Below are positions 14,101 through 27,446 of a stretch of DNA of 64,000 nt, piece by piece. The DNA is from Cycas panzhihuaensis (taxonomy: Eukaryota > Plantae > Cycadophyta), in the NCBI GenBank assembly GCA_023213395.1, contig CM041465.1:208699741-208763740 (forward strand), given 5' to 3'. Within the stretch, counting starts at the first letter, position 1. Every line of letters begins with the position of its first letter. The position numbers were made by a program, and so were the translations under genes. The notes under the pieces were generated by a model. That model made no database searches. It was given only the letters and a program-made list of their open reading frames with translations, and was not told the DNA's origin.

Positions 14101-15523
14101 TAAGATGAGGTCCATAACAAGCCCCACACCTTAAAAGATGCTTTGCACACAAAGTGTTGTTGGAGAGGAGTTTGCTAGACGAACTATTTTGTTTCCCACG
14201 TTGCTTCTTGCTCTGAGAGATTCTTCCATTTGATGAGATATTCAGTGACTTCTTTGGCACAAAGTTTCTTCTAACAGATGTCTAAGATCTCTTCTGGTTC
14301 GACTACCAATTTGCCACCTTCATTGGTTACTAGTAATTCTATTGTTGGCCCTATATGAATCATACTTTTTTCTTAAGGCTAGAGACATGTAAAACATTGT
14401 AACTTTTGCTACCCTAAGGGAGGTTGAGGGCATATGTTGCCCCTATTTTTCATCGTATCTAGTAAGGATCATAGAAGTAGGGCGCTAATTTGCATTTACC
14501 TGCTTGCTTGAGAGATGCTTTCTTGTGTGGTTGGAGTCGTACATAAACCCACTTCTCGACCTCAAATTGTTTGTCTATTCATTTCACATTAGCTTGTTGT
14601 TTCGTTCTATCAATAGTAGTGTCATAATTATACTTGAATTCTTTTAAAATTCTATTAGATTGTAGGATTAAGTTCTCAATTATTGGGGTTTTTATCATGC
14701 TTTAGATGTAGTTAACAGGTGTTGGTGGTTGATGTCCATAAAATACCATAAAGGGTGACATCTTAATCGCAGAATGGTAATTCATGTTGCATGGATCCAA
14801 CATAGCTATTTAGATTGGTTGTCACCCATGTAGCACTTTAAATAAATTTCTAGACACTTATTCACTACTTCAGATTGGCCATCAGTTTGGGAATGGCATG
14901 TTGTGCTTGTGATGAGCTTGGCGCCTGCGAGTTTGTGCAACTCCTTATGTCACAGTCATTGACCATTTTCTTGGGGAATTTGTTTAGTCAATGAATACTT
15001 TTCATAAATACTTCTACAATTTGGAGTGCTTTGAAGGAAGATTGTATGGGACCGAAATGGGCATATTTCATCAAACTATCTACTACCACGAATAGAGTGT
15101 CCTTTCCCTCTAACTAGGGAAGGCTTCTGATAAAGTCCATTGATATTTCTTCCTATTTTTGGTTTGATCTATTAAGAGGTTGCAAGAGTACAGGGCTCTT
15201 GATATTTTTGGCCTTTTGTCTCTACTAATTGTTACATTTGACAATGGATTTTGTTTTGGTGGTTTTCATTTCTTCTCAATAGAGTGATGCTTTTATCTTG
15301 CCATATGTTTTGGCAAATCTTGAGTTACGGGGGAGTGGGGCTTGATGTTTTTCCTTGAGTATGGTTTCTTTAAGGCGTGAATCATAGGGCAGGTAATTTC
15401 TTCCCTTATAGAGTAGGGTGTTTCCCTTCATAGTCCATTCGAGTGTTGTTGTTTTGTTAATGCATTGGTCTATTTTGGCTTGTGTAGTTGAGTTTGTGGT
15501 ATATTCTTGGTGTATTTTGTCTA

Positions 15524-15858
15524 TGTGAAGAAACATGAAATATGCATACATGTATTCTAAACCATAGGATCTTTATCATACACAACAAGCATACATCATC
15601 AAAGAGCAAACAACACACAATACACAAGATTTTAATGTGGGAGAAACTTTTAGTAAAAAGCCCACCACAAAAGATTAACGGATCACATTGATGATACTTG
15701 GATGATTTCACAATGGACTCTAGGGTCGTTTATAATCCCCAAAACAGTATGTCTAACCCATTGGTTGCAATCCTCTAAAATATTCATACCTTTAGGATTT
15801 ACATTAACTAACCACATTACATTAAACATATGGCTTAGCATAAATTTCCATGCTAACA
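15524..15858 (-). repeat. 3' LTR of copia C
   Basis: Matches 21206-21477 plus 24901-24969; TG...CA ends. Confidence 0.92.
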
Positions 15859-16502
15859 TTCCCCCTTAATGTTAAAGTGGGGTTTGATCTATAGTTTGAA
15901 ATCACCAATGAAGGCTAGAATTATCCTTGTTGATACATTCCTTTTCAAGGATTACTTCACTAAGCCCTAATCCAGTACGAATCTTGGTGGATTGATCTTC
16001 AGTAAGTGCTTTGGTAAACACATTTGCAAGTTATTTCTCACTTGGATAAAAGTTAACCTGTAACATCCCTACTTTAATTTGTTAACGTATGTAGTGGTGT
16101 TGGATTTCAATATGCTTTGTACATACATGAAATTCTAGATTCTTTAACAATCGAATTGTGCTCTGGCTATCGACTAAAAGAATTGGGGTGTTGTAGTATA
16201 TACTAGGGATATCTAAAAGTCCTTGCAACCATAAAACTTCTCTTGCACCAACTGTGAGTCCCTAGTACTTTGCTTTTGTAGAAGATAGTGCCACTATTTG
16301 TTATTGCTTTGACTGCCACGATACAAATCCATTGCCAATACCAAACACATATCCAACAATGGATTTCCAATCATCAAAGTCTCCTCCCCAATTGCCATCA
16401 GTGTAGCTATGCAATTTTGTCTCTCCACTATGAAGGTACTCCAGATTAAGATTAGGAGTTCCCTTCAAATATCTTAGAATTTGCTTTGTTGGAACCCAAT
16501 GT

Positions 16503-16757
16503 GGTTCTTGTGGATTCTACATATAATGAGAGACTAACCCAATAGCATAAACAACATTTGGCCTGGTATGAGTCAAATAGATAAAACACCCTATCAGTTG
16601 TTTATATAATGTTCCATCTACAATAGGTTTTTGGTTTTTGTGGATTTTGCATATAATGAGAGACTAATCTAACAACATGAACAATATCTGGCCTAGTATG
16701 AGTCAAATAGATAAGACTCACTACCAATTGTTTGTACAATGTTCCATCTACAATATG
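16503..16757. repeat. 130-bp tandem duplication inside copia C RT
   Basis: GTGGATT.. at 16510 and 16640; both copies contain GGCCT(G/A)GTATGAGTCAAATAGATAA and AATGTTCCATCTACAATA. Confidence 0.9.
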
Positions 16758-19700
16758 TCCTCATATCTTTTAGGAGCTTTGTGCCTTTAGTGCATGGTGT
16801 TTCAACAAACTTGTAGTCCTTTATCTTGAATTTCTCAAGCAAGCTTTTCACATATTTTGTTTGACACTAAAAGTTTTTCTTCCATCTGCCTTACCTCAAT
16901 GCCTAGGAAGTAGTGCAGACCCCCAAGATCTATCACGTTAAAGGTAGCTCCCATATTAGATTTTATTCCTACAATATAATCAAATCATCAATATACAACA
17001 CAATAACTACTAATAAAGTTTCTCTCCTTTGAATGTACAAATTTGGTTCTAGATCTATGGCCACAAATCATTCTTCTTTTAATCTAGCATTGATCTTAGC
17101 ATACCAAGAATGTGGTGCTTGCTTCAGGCTATAGAGTGACTTTTTTAAATCACACATAAGATGCTCTTATCTTTAATGAAACCAAGAGGTTGTGCCATAT
17201 ATATCTCCTCTTTCAACTCTCGATTAAGGAATGTTGATTTCACATTCATTTGGTGTAGCTCCCAGCCATAGTTTGCTACCAATGAAAGGATCAAATAGAT
17301 CATTGTCATCTTGGTGACTGGTGCAAATGTCTCCTCATAATTGATCCCTTCTTTCTACTTAAACCCCTGCATAACAAACATCACCTTGTGCTTGTCCACC
17401 TCTCCATTAGAGCAGAACTTGGTCTTATAGACCCACTTGCAACCAACAAGGTTTTTCTTAGGAGGCAAAGGAACTAACTTCCATGTTGCATTTCTGATGA
17501 GAGAACCAAATTTCTCCTTCGTAGTAGCCCTCCAATGAGGATCATCTTTCACTTTAACATATGAAGTAAGGTCTTGGGAGTTCATAGTGTTCAACACCAG
17601 GGTTTGACTGGCATGTTGGCTTCTCGTTCTTTGTTCATCTATAAGATTTTGTAGCATCACACTAAAATCTTCAATGGTCTTCTTAGCCCATAATGACAAT
17701 GAAACACTGGGTGTTATAGGTGCATCCACACATAAGGGCTCCTCATTATTACTTTCTCCATTTGGTCCTTCTTCCTTCCAAATCATAGTGCCTGGTTACT
17801 CGTCCTCGACAACTAATGAAGCACCAACAGGAAATGGAAGTAGTGGGGTGTAAAAGGAATCTTTAGACAACATCTTCTCAACATGATACATCATAGACTC
17901 ATCAAATCTTGCATCCCATCTAATCACAAGATTTCTCTCCTATGGATCCCACAGTCTATAAACTTTGTTCTAATCTAAATAACCCACATATATGCACTTT
18001 CAACTCTTGCAATCCAACTTCTTACAATTTTTATCTGGGATATGAGCATATGCAATGCACTCGAAGGTCTTCAAATGGTTAATAGTAGGTTTACAACTAC
18101 TCCATTTTTCTTCAGGGGTCATGCCACGAACTTCTTTTATCAGTACCCTATTAAGGATATAAATGGTAGTCCCAACAACTTCTACCCAAAACATAGGTGG
18201 CAAGTTTTTCATGTGCACCATACATCTTGCCATTTCCATCATGATACGAGTTTTTCTCTCAGCAATACCATTTTGTTGTGGGGTGTACGGGATGATTAGT
18301 CCCCATTTAATACCATGATCTAAGCATAATTGACTAAAGGCACGATTATCATATTCCTTGTCATAATCACTCCTCAAAATTTTAATTATCGTATTACATT
18401 CATTCTTGAAATGTACCTTCCACTTTTAGAAGTGGTCGAACACTTCCAACTTACTCTTCAAGAAATATACCTAGGCCTTTCTAATATAGTCATCTACAAG
18501 CACCAAAGTATAGGGAGCTCTAGATATGGAAGGGTTTGGGAGTGGTCCTATCAAATTAGTATGCACAAGCTCCAACTTCTCTTTAGCTCTCTAGGCACAA
18601 TCCCAAGCAAAAGGATAGCAATGATGCTTCTCGTACATGCATCCTTCACATATAACCTCTGAACAAGAAACATGGGGCAATCCTTCCACCATTTCAAATG
18701 ATTCATAAGTACGATGCTTTTATAATTAAAGTGACTAAGGTGCTCATGCCATAGTTTACTCATACCATCTATATTAGCAACAAAAGCATAGGTTTGATTC
18801 TGAGCTTGAAACTTCTCGAACACCCAAAAATTGTCCTTCACTTTTCTAGTAGCGATGATAGAGAAAGTCTACTTTGGGCCCTTAATTAAACATTTATCTT
18901 TGTAAAGCTCAACCTTCATGCCTTGTTTGCATATCTCTCGAGTTGATAGAAGATTCATTTTCATCTTAGGTACATAGTATACACCCTTAAATTTGCCTCC
19001 TACAAGTGAAACAATGCCGACACCCTCAACTAACAACACGCTCGCATCTCCAAGAATGATTCCATGCATCAAAGTTCTGTTTCTGAAAGAGATGTGTTTC
19101 TATGCTCCTAAGTCCAAAATCTAGTAATCTCTCTAATTTAATTTGGCTAACAAGGTTGACACTTTTGCGCAATAAGCTACAACACCCTTCCCCCTATCAT
19201 CTTGGTTTGCTTTGTGTTTGTCCTGCGTTTTGAACCAATAGTTTTTCTCCTTGTGGCCATCCTTCTTGTAGTAATTACATTTACTGGCAAACTTTTTCTT
19301 CTCCCGATATACTTCTCTTGATTTTTGTGTAGACTTCCCTTCCTAAACACCATCCCTCCACTACGTCTTCATGACTAATGCTTGATTGGGTTCAAAACTG
19401 TTGAACAAATCATGGTGCTTTAACTTGGCATCCTTGACTAGAATGAGACCCTTCAACTTCTCAAATGATTCATCCTCCATTACTTCATCCCTTGTGTAGA
19501 TGGCATGAAAGGTTCCAAATGCTACTAGTAGTTTTGACACGATTAATGCAAACAATAGTGCATCATCAATTTACCCAGACTTTATCTCCTCTAGTTTGTT
19601 CCTCAAATTCATTATTTTGTTCAAGTAGGCGCTTATGTTGCTTTCATCTTTCACTGTTGCATTAAGAAGCTCCATCATTAAAGCAACATGACGATTTGTC

Positions 19701-21191
19701 TTCTTTTCAAATGTCTCACACAATTTTATCTAAATTTTGTTTGGTTTCTCCAAGTTGTGGACTATGCTCCTCTGGTTTGGTGCTAGAGACAATTTTAACA
19801 ATTCAACCATAAACAACTTCTCCTCTAGACAAATTCTCTCCTTCTCATCCAATGGAATGGCAAGCAACTTATCTTTTGTAATCTCCCATAGTTGATTCGC
19901 CATTGATATGTTTGCCACGTTTGCCTTCCACTCACTGAAATTGTTTCCATTGAGGTATCATTGTCTTCATCATGGGAAATGGGTTTACAAATGAGTCATT
20001 TATGCCAAACTACTTGACATTTAGTCCATTAGACAACACCCTACACATTGTTCAACCTTCGTTCACCAGTAATTTCCAAAAAATGCAATATTTTAATGGT
20101 TAAAAATAGATCTCTAATAACATTAAACTCACACTGGCTTAGGGCTAAATGTTTTTACATCCTCTGAAAAATGGGCAACCAAAATACACCTTCAAGCCCC
20201 CAAAAAATTGCTTCAACTTATGAATATAAAATATGAAATGATGAATCTTGAGTCGAAAACATCAAAGTGTGCAATGCAATGGTCTCCCTCTCGAGTTTAT
20301 ATTCCAAGTTCAAAACACGAATCAAACAGATATGCCCCAAATGGGCGACTACCAACATTTCATTTCATGTGCTTTAAAAAGGATTTGAAATATTTTTTGA
20401 TGTATTAAGGTTCATAAACCTTAATACAAATATAACTTAATTTATGCTTGGCGGCACATAAAAAACAATTGGTAGCTCCTACAAATGCCAACAACCTAAG
20501 TATGCAATGCGACCTATCATACGCACCCACGGCCACCAATCCACATAATCTGGCTCCAACAACTCCAAAAATACTCCCATGATCAGTCTAATGCAGCAAA
20601 CAAAGATACTTGGTCGTTTATGAGCCAGAACAAACCATTAACAGTGTTCAATGAGACAAAATATGGCTCCACAATGACTATCCAATGATGGAATTTTGGA
20701 CCAACACGCTTCATAATACTCTTTGGAATTTATTCAAGCTTCAAACCGCTCAATATCAGTCGAGTGCATCATTATACCACAAACAAGAGCCGAAAACCTC
20801 CTAAATTGGATTCAATCATGCCCACAAATGGTGCTAATCCTCTTTTTGATGTCCGAGCACTAGATCTAATGCCCAACAACATCAAACAACCTTCTATCGG
20901 AGCCCAATGCTCTCAGAACACGCTCGACGCAACCCAACATTGTTAGATCACCTTCGAAATTGGCCCTACAGGTATATGGAGTGCCCAACACACCTAACCA
21001 GCCCTAGATGGCTTCAACACGAGCCCAACATGGTTTGAAAAGTGCCCAATACTGATTTTAGACCATAAATAGTGAAAAAATTCTATTGATAAGTGAATCC
21101 CACCTCCTCAATCACCATTCCACCACTGTGTTGCTCTTTTAGTTATCGAAGAAAATTAAAACCGCTAGAAACAGAGCTATGTACATCTGTT

Positions 21192-21205
21192 TGGCTCTGA
21201 TACCA
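21192..21205 (-). promoter_or_regulatory. Primer-binding site (tRNA-iMet) of copia C
   Basis: TGGTATCAGAGCCA immediately inside the 5' LTR. Confidence 0.92.
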
Positions 21206-21865
21206 CGCAAAGAAACATGAAATATCCATACATGTATTTTGAACCATAGGATCTTTATCATGCACAACAAGCAAACATCATCAAAGAGCAAAAGATACAT
21301 AGTACACAAGATTTCTACATGGGAAGACCTTTCAATAAAAAAACCACCACAAAATATCAATGGATCACATTGATGATACTTGGATGATTTTACAATGGAC
21401 TCTAGGGTCATTTATAACCCCCCAAATGGTACGTTCAACCCATTGGTCATGACCCTTTGAAATATTTGCACCTTTAATGTGAGAATTCCCCAAGGAATTC
21501 ACACCTCAAGCACAGATAGTATATCCACTCACAAAACTATCTTCTAAAGTTTCATACAAATACTGAATAGATAGCATCCAATCACAAAACTATCTTTTAG
21601 GGTTTCATATAGATAAACAGATAATAGAAATAAATACTGGAGAAAGAGGTACAAAATTTACTAAAAAAGGACTAGATATTGCATTGATATATAACTAGTA
21701 AAATATGTACAAAAGTTGTTGAACTTACAAGCAAAAAAACTAAGTCTTTTGCTTCCTCTTTGAGGTGAAGCATCCTCCCAACTAGGCTTCTCAAGTTCAA
21801 AATTATAGCAGATCCAAAGTACTAAATGATGATTATAAGCTAAGGCCGAAAACGCCTATAAATAA

Positions 21866-22447
21866 GTGACCAAAGTCAAACATCAGACCACTGTTGCAAA
21901 TACACCCCAGCAAAATGGAGTTGCTGAGCGCATGAATAGAACCATCATGAACATGGCTTGTGCTATGTTGGTATATAAGAACGTCCTTGTTTATCTTTGG
22001 GTTGAGACTATCTGGACTACTGTGTATTGCATCAACACTATTAGTCCCTCCAAGCTCTGCCCCTCTCCACATGAAATGTGGTATGGACAAACCCCCTGTA
22101 TCTCCCACTTCATAATTTTTGGCTCTACTTGTTATGCTCACATTCTGGAGGAACATAGAAACAAGCTCCAAGAAAGAGCCATCAAAGGCATCTTTGTCGG
22201 ATACCCTATGGACAAAAGGGGTACAAGGTTTTTATACCTTCACAGTGCAAAATCATCATCACTAGAGATGTTATCTTTGCAGAGACTGAAGATCAATTAC
22301 TCAGACTTGACTCCAAGACGCCTTCATACCGATTTAATAATGCTACTGAATTTGATATTCAGATTCCAAAATTTTGGGTGGGGAGATGCTCAACAATTGC
22401 TCAAAGATGAAGGGAGCAACTTAGAGAAAAGTCACCAACACTTGTAA
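21866..22447 (+). pseudogene. copia integrase C-terminal fragment
   Basis: NTPQQNGVAERMNRTI, IFGSTCYAHI, GIFVGY. Confidence 0.9.
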
Positions 22448-22630
22448 CAAATATTAACTTGATGCAACAAGACTATAAGAAGCACTATGATGAAAATTGG
22501 CCACTAACACTTGTGGCAAATATTAACCTGACATAGCAAGAATATGATAAGCACTATGATGAAAATCGAGCACTAACACTTGTGGCAAATATTAACCTGA
22601 CGTAGGAGGAATATGAGAAGCACTATGATT
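22433..22630 (+). repeat. 69-bp tandem repeat, about 2.9 copies
   Basis: CAC(C/T)AACACTTGT at 22433, 22502 and 22571; the unit reads as 23 codons (xLTLVANINLTxxEYxKHYDEN). Confidence 0.9.
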
Positions 22631-23293
22631 ATGATTACACTATGGATCACTTTTTACAAATAAGTAAGTGATCAATATACAAGATTGTAGGCCAATATAG
22701 AAGCTGACATCATTGGGTGTACACAACTCGAAACTCAAATGTAGGATGCATAATCAAACCAATAACCTCCAACTTGTGTCCAACATGTAGTTGAGGTTGT
22801 TGAAGGGATGCCTAGGCTTCTAGTAGAATTAAGTTGGCCTTCACTCGTGATATCTGCAATTATGTTTGGTAATGAAATCCAAGTCACAACGGAGCCCAGG
22901 TACTCCCAATCCTTATTCAGTTCACCAATGAGCAGCTATATACCTCCTCTAAAGAGTGGTACGTTCATACCCATGGCTATGACGGATATTGGATTGGTTA
23001 CATTTTAATCTTGTATTAAAGTTTTAGTTTTTCTGGTTGGTTATCAGGATGATCCCTGATTGAGGCACGATGGTATGGCTAACCAAACCTCACCAATATT
23101 CCGGTTTACTCCAATCCCAACTTGAAACCCACACCTCCTTTATGGCACGACATTCTGCCAACCAAGGGATCTCAACCTTGGTGAGTATGTGAACAGGCAC
23201 AAGATGGCAGAAAATAGCATACGTGATGCATTCCTTTTAGAAATAGTGAAAAGATTATCGAATTGCATTAAACGTACATTTAACTGAAAATAG

Positions 23294-23372
23294 AATGCTT
23301 GCTTGGAGTACTTTTGGAGTGCTTGCTTGGAGTGTCTTTAGAGTACTTGCTTTAAGTGATTTTGGAGTGCTA
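23294..23372. repeat. 24-bp-period minisatellite (GAGTGCTTGCTTGGAGT...)
   Basis: About three periods visible; translates on minus as the repeat ASTPKxLQ. Confidence 0.75.
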
Positions 23373-24985
23373 AAATGCAATGCTAATAAGTGAGCGAGGA
23401 CATCGGATATTGCTCTGATCCAGGTGTTTTTTCTCACTTTTACAATGGGCTTTTAAGCCTTATAAAAAGAAGGAAGAAAATTTCTTCACCTTTTTTTTTT
23501 TAAATACAAAGAAAAAAGTAGTCTTCACTAAATCAACAGTAACTTTCTCCCACGATGACGAAATGGAGTGCTGGTTTTTGTGTTGCAAACTAGACTCAGA
23601 TTTTGATCTTTAGCAAGTGGAATAAGGTCCAAATGAGTTCTAGAAAGTTTTTGGCAGCCCTGCAAAGTTAGGAGATTATATTTTTTCAAAATTCTTACTA
23701 AAAATAACTACTGTTCACTAAAACAGCAATAACTTCCTCATATGACATCGAAATTGGTTGTCGGTTTTTGTGCTAGAAAATAAACTCAGAGCCTCATCTT
23801 TGACAATTGGAATCAAGTCAATTGGAGCTCTGTAGAAGATTTTGCAGACCTGTGAAGTTCAACAAGCAAATTTTATTTCTACAGAAATTTCAGCTTGCAT
23901 ATCTCATTAACACATGATACCATATGAAATTTCCATCATTTTTTTATCACCAGGATCCCAATATGGGCAAGGTGAGAGCATACAATAATGGATATTTTAA
24001 ATGGCTCGAAATTCTTTAAAAAAAGTGGTTAGAACCTCCCCTTATAATCATTCTTCTAAAAGCTAGAAAAATTTCTGCAACATTTCCCCTTGTTAAATGG
24101 ACAGAAAAAGGGGAAAGAAAAGAAGAATGAGATAGCATGAATGGCCACCAAAGGATTGGAATCCTTGGGCCTTACAACTCCTTATATTGTGCTTCCAAAC
24201 CTGCAAAAGAGAAAGGGAAAGCAAATAATACAAAATATGCTATAATAATAACTTGAAAGTATTTCTAAATCCACTTTCACAATCTCCTTCACCACATGGA
24301 TTGTGGGGGAGAAGGAAGTGATGGCTCCATTGCAAGTGCAAGTGAGGAATATGAAGGAAGCAAGCTCTGATACCACATGAAAAGAGTTGATCTATCCTTC
24401 ATCTCCATGCACTAAACATAAAGGCAAACATGGGAGCAAGAGAGACTTGAGAGAAAGAAAATAGATCTCACAAAATGGGGAGGTAAGAATGAGCCTCCTC
24501 CATTGAGCTTTTACTTTTATATTGAGAGAGGGAGTATTAGAGTTAGGTGAAATGAAATTATTCCTAATGCACATGAAAGTGCATTTCACTTAAGTGATCT
24601 AATTTAAAGTTCACTTGAGACCCTTTTTAGAGATAATCAACTAATGCAATGACCTTTTGACATTAACCCTTTTCACAAAGTACTTCTTAATTAATTTGGC
24701 TAGAACATTAAAGAATTTGGCCATAATAGCATACATGAATTGGCTAGAATAAAAACAATAAGAAGTTGGCCAAAATATTATATATAAGTCAGCTAAAATA
24801 ATATCCTAAGTTTAACCAAAATGAACTACATAATATGGTTGACCCAATAATAGCAAGAAGTCAGCCAAAATAATTCATCTTTTGAAGTGGGATCACTACA
24901 TTTAGGATTTACATTAACTAACCACACTAACATTAAACATATGGCTTAGCATAAACAACCACGCTAATAGTATAGCCAATGGGGA

Positions 24986-25544
24986 TGTGAAACGCTCTGA
25001 CATGTTAGTGGTATGGATTGCTATCACTTTCAGCTATGCTAAAGCCCTAGGGTGTAAGAGTTTTGGCAAAAGCATGCAAATTCCATAATGCCAACTTGGT
25101 CATCCATGTGCTTTGTGAATGTGGTTGCAAGGGGGATTTTACGAATGGCCTATTAAGAGGAAACTAAACTAAAGACGGTGGGTGTGTGTGTGCATGTGCA
25201 TTTGAGTGAGCATACAAATATGTTTCACAAAGGGACCTATGGCCAACTAAGGAACAAAAACACATACCTAAATGCAACTGAATGCTCTGCTATTTTAATG
25301 AAAAACAGTTGGCTTGTCCTATGTAAAGCCGCAATCTCTCCTTGTGGATTAGGGACTCACAACAAGCAATCCCTCCTCACCTCTTAGGTTTAATACCTAA
25401 TAGCCCTACTCTTGTGATGGATGCAATGCAAGGTCCAAAATGAAAACAAATAAATAAAAGAAGAAAATATTTTTTTCTTTTTCTTTTCTTCCTCTTTTTT
25501 TGGGGAAGAAAGAAAGGGGAGAAACAACTACAAGAGACTCTCTC

Positions 25545-25583
<39 letters not shown>

Positions 25584-26132
25584 TTTTAAGATAAAAATAA
25601 AGAAAAATAGGGGGGAAGAAATAGTGAGTAGTGAGATGAAAGCTTCTTTTCCTTTTCGTATCCCCTTCACTTTTGCTAATGCAACAAAGAAATTTGTTTC
25701 CCTATTTTTCCTCTTTTTTTCTTTTTTTTTTTTAATAAGAAAGTAACAACAAATTAAACTTAACAGTTATGTACCTGGTTACGCGGCTCAATTGTTTGCC
25801 GCATATAGCTTTCTTCCAACATGTCGAGAGTTTTCAAAAAAGGCGAAGGGCAAACCAAAATACCATTGAACTAGTTCTAAAGCAAATTCGACAACATTTC
25901 TGCTTGCCAGGTATGCTATGGTAAAGAAAAAAGCATAGCAAAATGATTTTGAAGATGAAAGTAAAAGGCAAAAATAGGGTTTTGGCCTTAACTTTTCAAG
26001 GGAGCTACTGGTATGAAGACTTCTAAGAGGTTGCTTGAGGTAGAAGTTGATAGCTTGGAGAACTTGTTGGCTTCTTTCTCCTCTCTACAACTGAGCTAGA
26101 GTCTTGCAAGGCAAAGAGTCTTCCAAGGCAAC

Positions 26133-26202
<70 letters not shown>

Positions 26203-27446
26203 AACAATATCAAATCAGTCCTTATGGGAAACGAATGCTATCCAAAGGAAACAAAGCAAAGAAACAAGGTTGGTGGAGGTGCCTTAGAATGGCTACCATC
26301 CCCCAAATATTGGTGGGCTCCCTAAGAGTACTTAGGTGCCACCTTCCCCTTTGCAACAACTAGTCCTATGGCAAAATGAAGTGCAAAAGGAAAAATAAAC
26401 AAAAGGCTTCCCAAAGATGTAAAGCATCTCCAATTCACAAGAAACATGTCAAGTAAATAGGAAGGTAAATATATCTAAGAAACTAGATACTGGTGCAAGG
26501 ACATAGGATTACCTATCCAAGTGGAAGGAGGTGGCCTATGGCTGCAAGTTTCCTCTCCAAGTGGTCTCCAAAGTTAAGTAGTACAATGCCTCCAAGATGC
26601 AATCAACAATGAAGAACAGTGTGAACCAAGAATGCCAAATTCCAATGGAATTTTGGTAGCATAACAACAGGATGTCTTGATCTCTTAGTCTCCTCCTTTT
26701 TCAATGGAGAAAAGAGGGGATTAAGTAGATGAAGACAAGGTGTGGAGTTGGTGGTTTTCTGCCAACAATGTGGGGAAAACCACCAAGCCAAAACCATGGG
26801 TTTACTCATGGTTAAATACAAATTACTTGGGAAAAGGAAGATTTGGGTAGGATTTTGGCCTCTTGGGCCACCCAAATCTGACAGGGGCCGACATGGTCTA
26901 TCCAAGTTTGACAAACGAGTATTAATGAGTTGACTATCACCAAAAATCCCAAATCTAGGTAGGTGATAGTCATATCGTGAATATATTCACAATACTGCAA
27001 AGTATTTCATGATACTGCTATCGTAAGCAAAAAATATAACAATTTGGTAACAATTTTAATTTTTAAGCAAAATAATTATGTAATTTGGCCAAAAACTTAC
27101 TAATGAAGGACTTTAGGTATAGGTGCAATCAACAACAAGTGGCAGGGAGTGAAAAAGAGGGCCCGATGGGTCAAAACGAAGAAGAAATGGTGTTGCAAAG
27201 AGGGGAGAATGACACCTTTTCTAGCCCAAAGAGCCCGATGGGTGGACTAATGGCCATGGACCGATGTCGTACTCGTCATCAACAAAAAGGGACATGGACA
27301 AACAACACATACAAGCAAATAAATCATACATACACTATCTAAGATCATGATAAAATGAATCTATGAGGTGTAAAAAGAATAGCAAAGCATACTTGCACTT
27401 ATCTGTATGTTGCCATGTCCATGCCATTCCTAGAAGCTGAGAAATA
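24986..27446 (-). repeat. Terminal direct repeat of X, copy 1
   Basis: Shares e.g. GCTAAAGCCCTAGGGTGTAAGAGTTTT and TAAGATCATGATAAAATGAATCTATGAGGTGTAAAAAGAATAGC with copy 2. Confidence 0.93.
26141..26199. repeat. (AT)n microsatellite
   Basis: Pure AT run of about 59 bp. Confidence 0.98.

Larger units (their letters stand above)
21478..24900. mobile_element. Composite LTR-type insert I in the 5' LTR of copia C
   Basis: TG...CA ends and TSD TTTAA/TTTAG. Contains an LTR-like left end, a + strand copia integrase fragment (21866-22447), a minus-strand PBS TGGTATCAGAGC (24364-24375) and an LTR at 24378-24900. Confidence 0.8.
15524..24969 (-). mobile_element. Full-length degenerate Ty1/copia C, same family as copia-1 in inverted orientation
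   Basis: 3' LTR 15524-15858 with PPT 15859-15867; RH-RT-INT-PR-gag 15960-19975; PBS TGGTATCAGAGCCA (21192-21205); 5' LTR split 21206-21477 and 24901-24969; TSD GTCTA/GTATA. Confidence 0.94.

Noticed and set aside
22433-22630. CRISPR-like array
   Set aside because: The whole 69-bp unit repeats, there are no unique spacers or cas genes, and the context is eukaryotic.
24986-25010. Hammerhead ribozyme (GAAA..CTGA) at the X terminus, as in retrozymes or Penelope-like elements
   Set aside because: GAAA and CTGA are only 4 nt apart and no complete CUGANGA core with three stems can be drawn.
24986-27446. Each X repeat as a separate TIR DNA transposon
   Set aside because: Only a weak TGG(T/C)ATGGA similarity between the ends and no TSD around either single copy.
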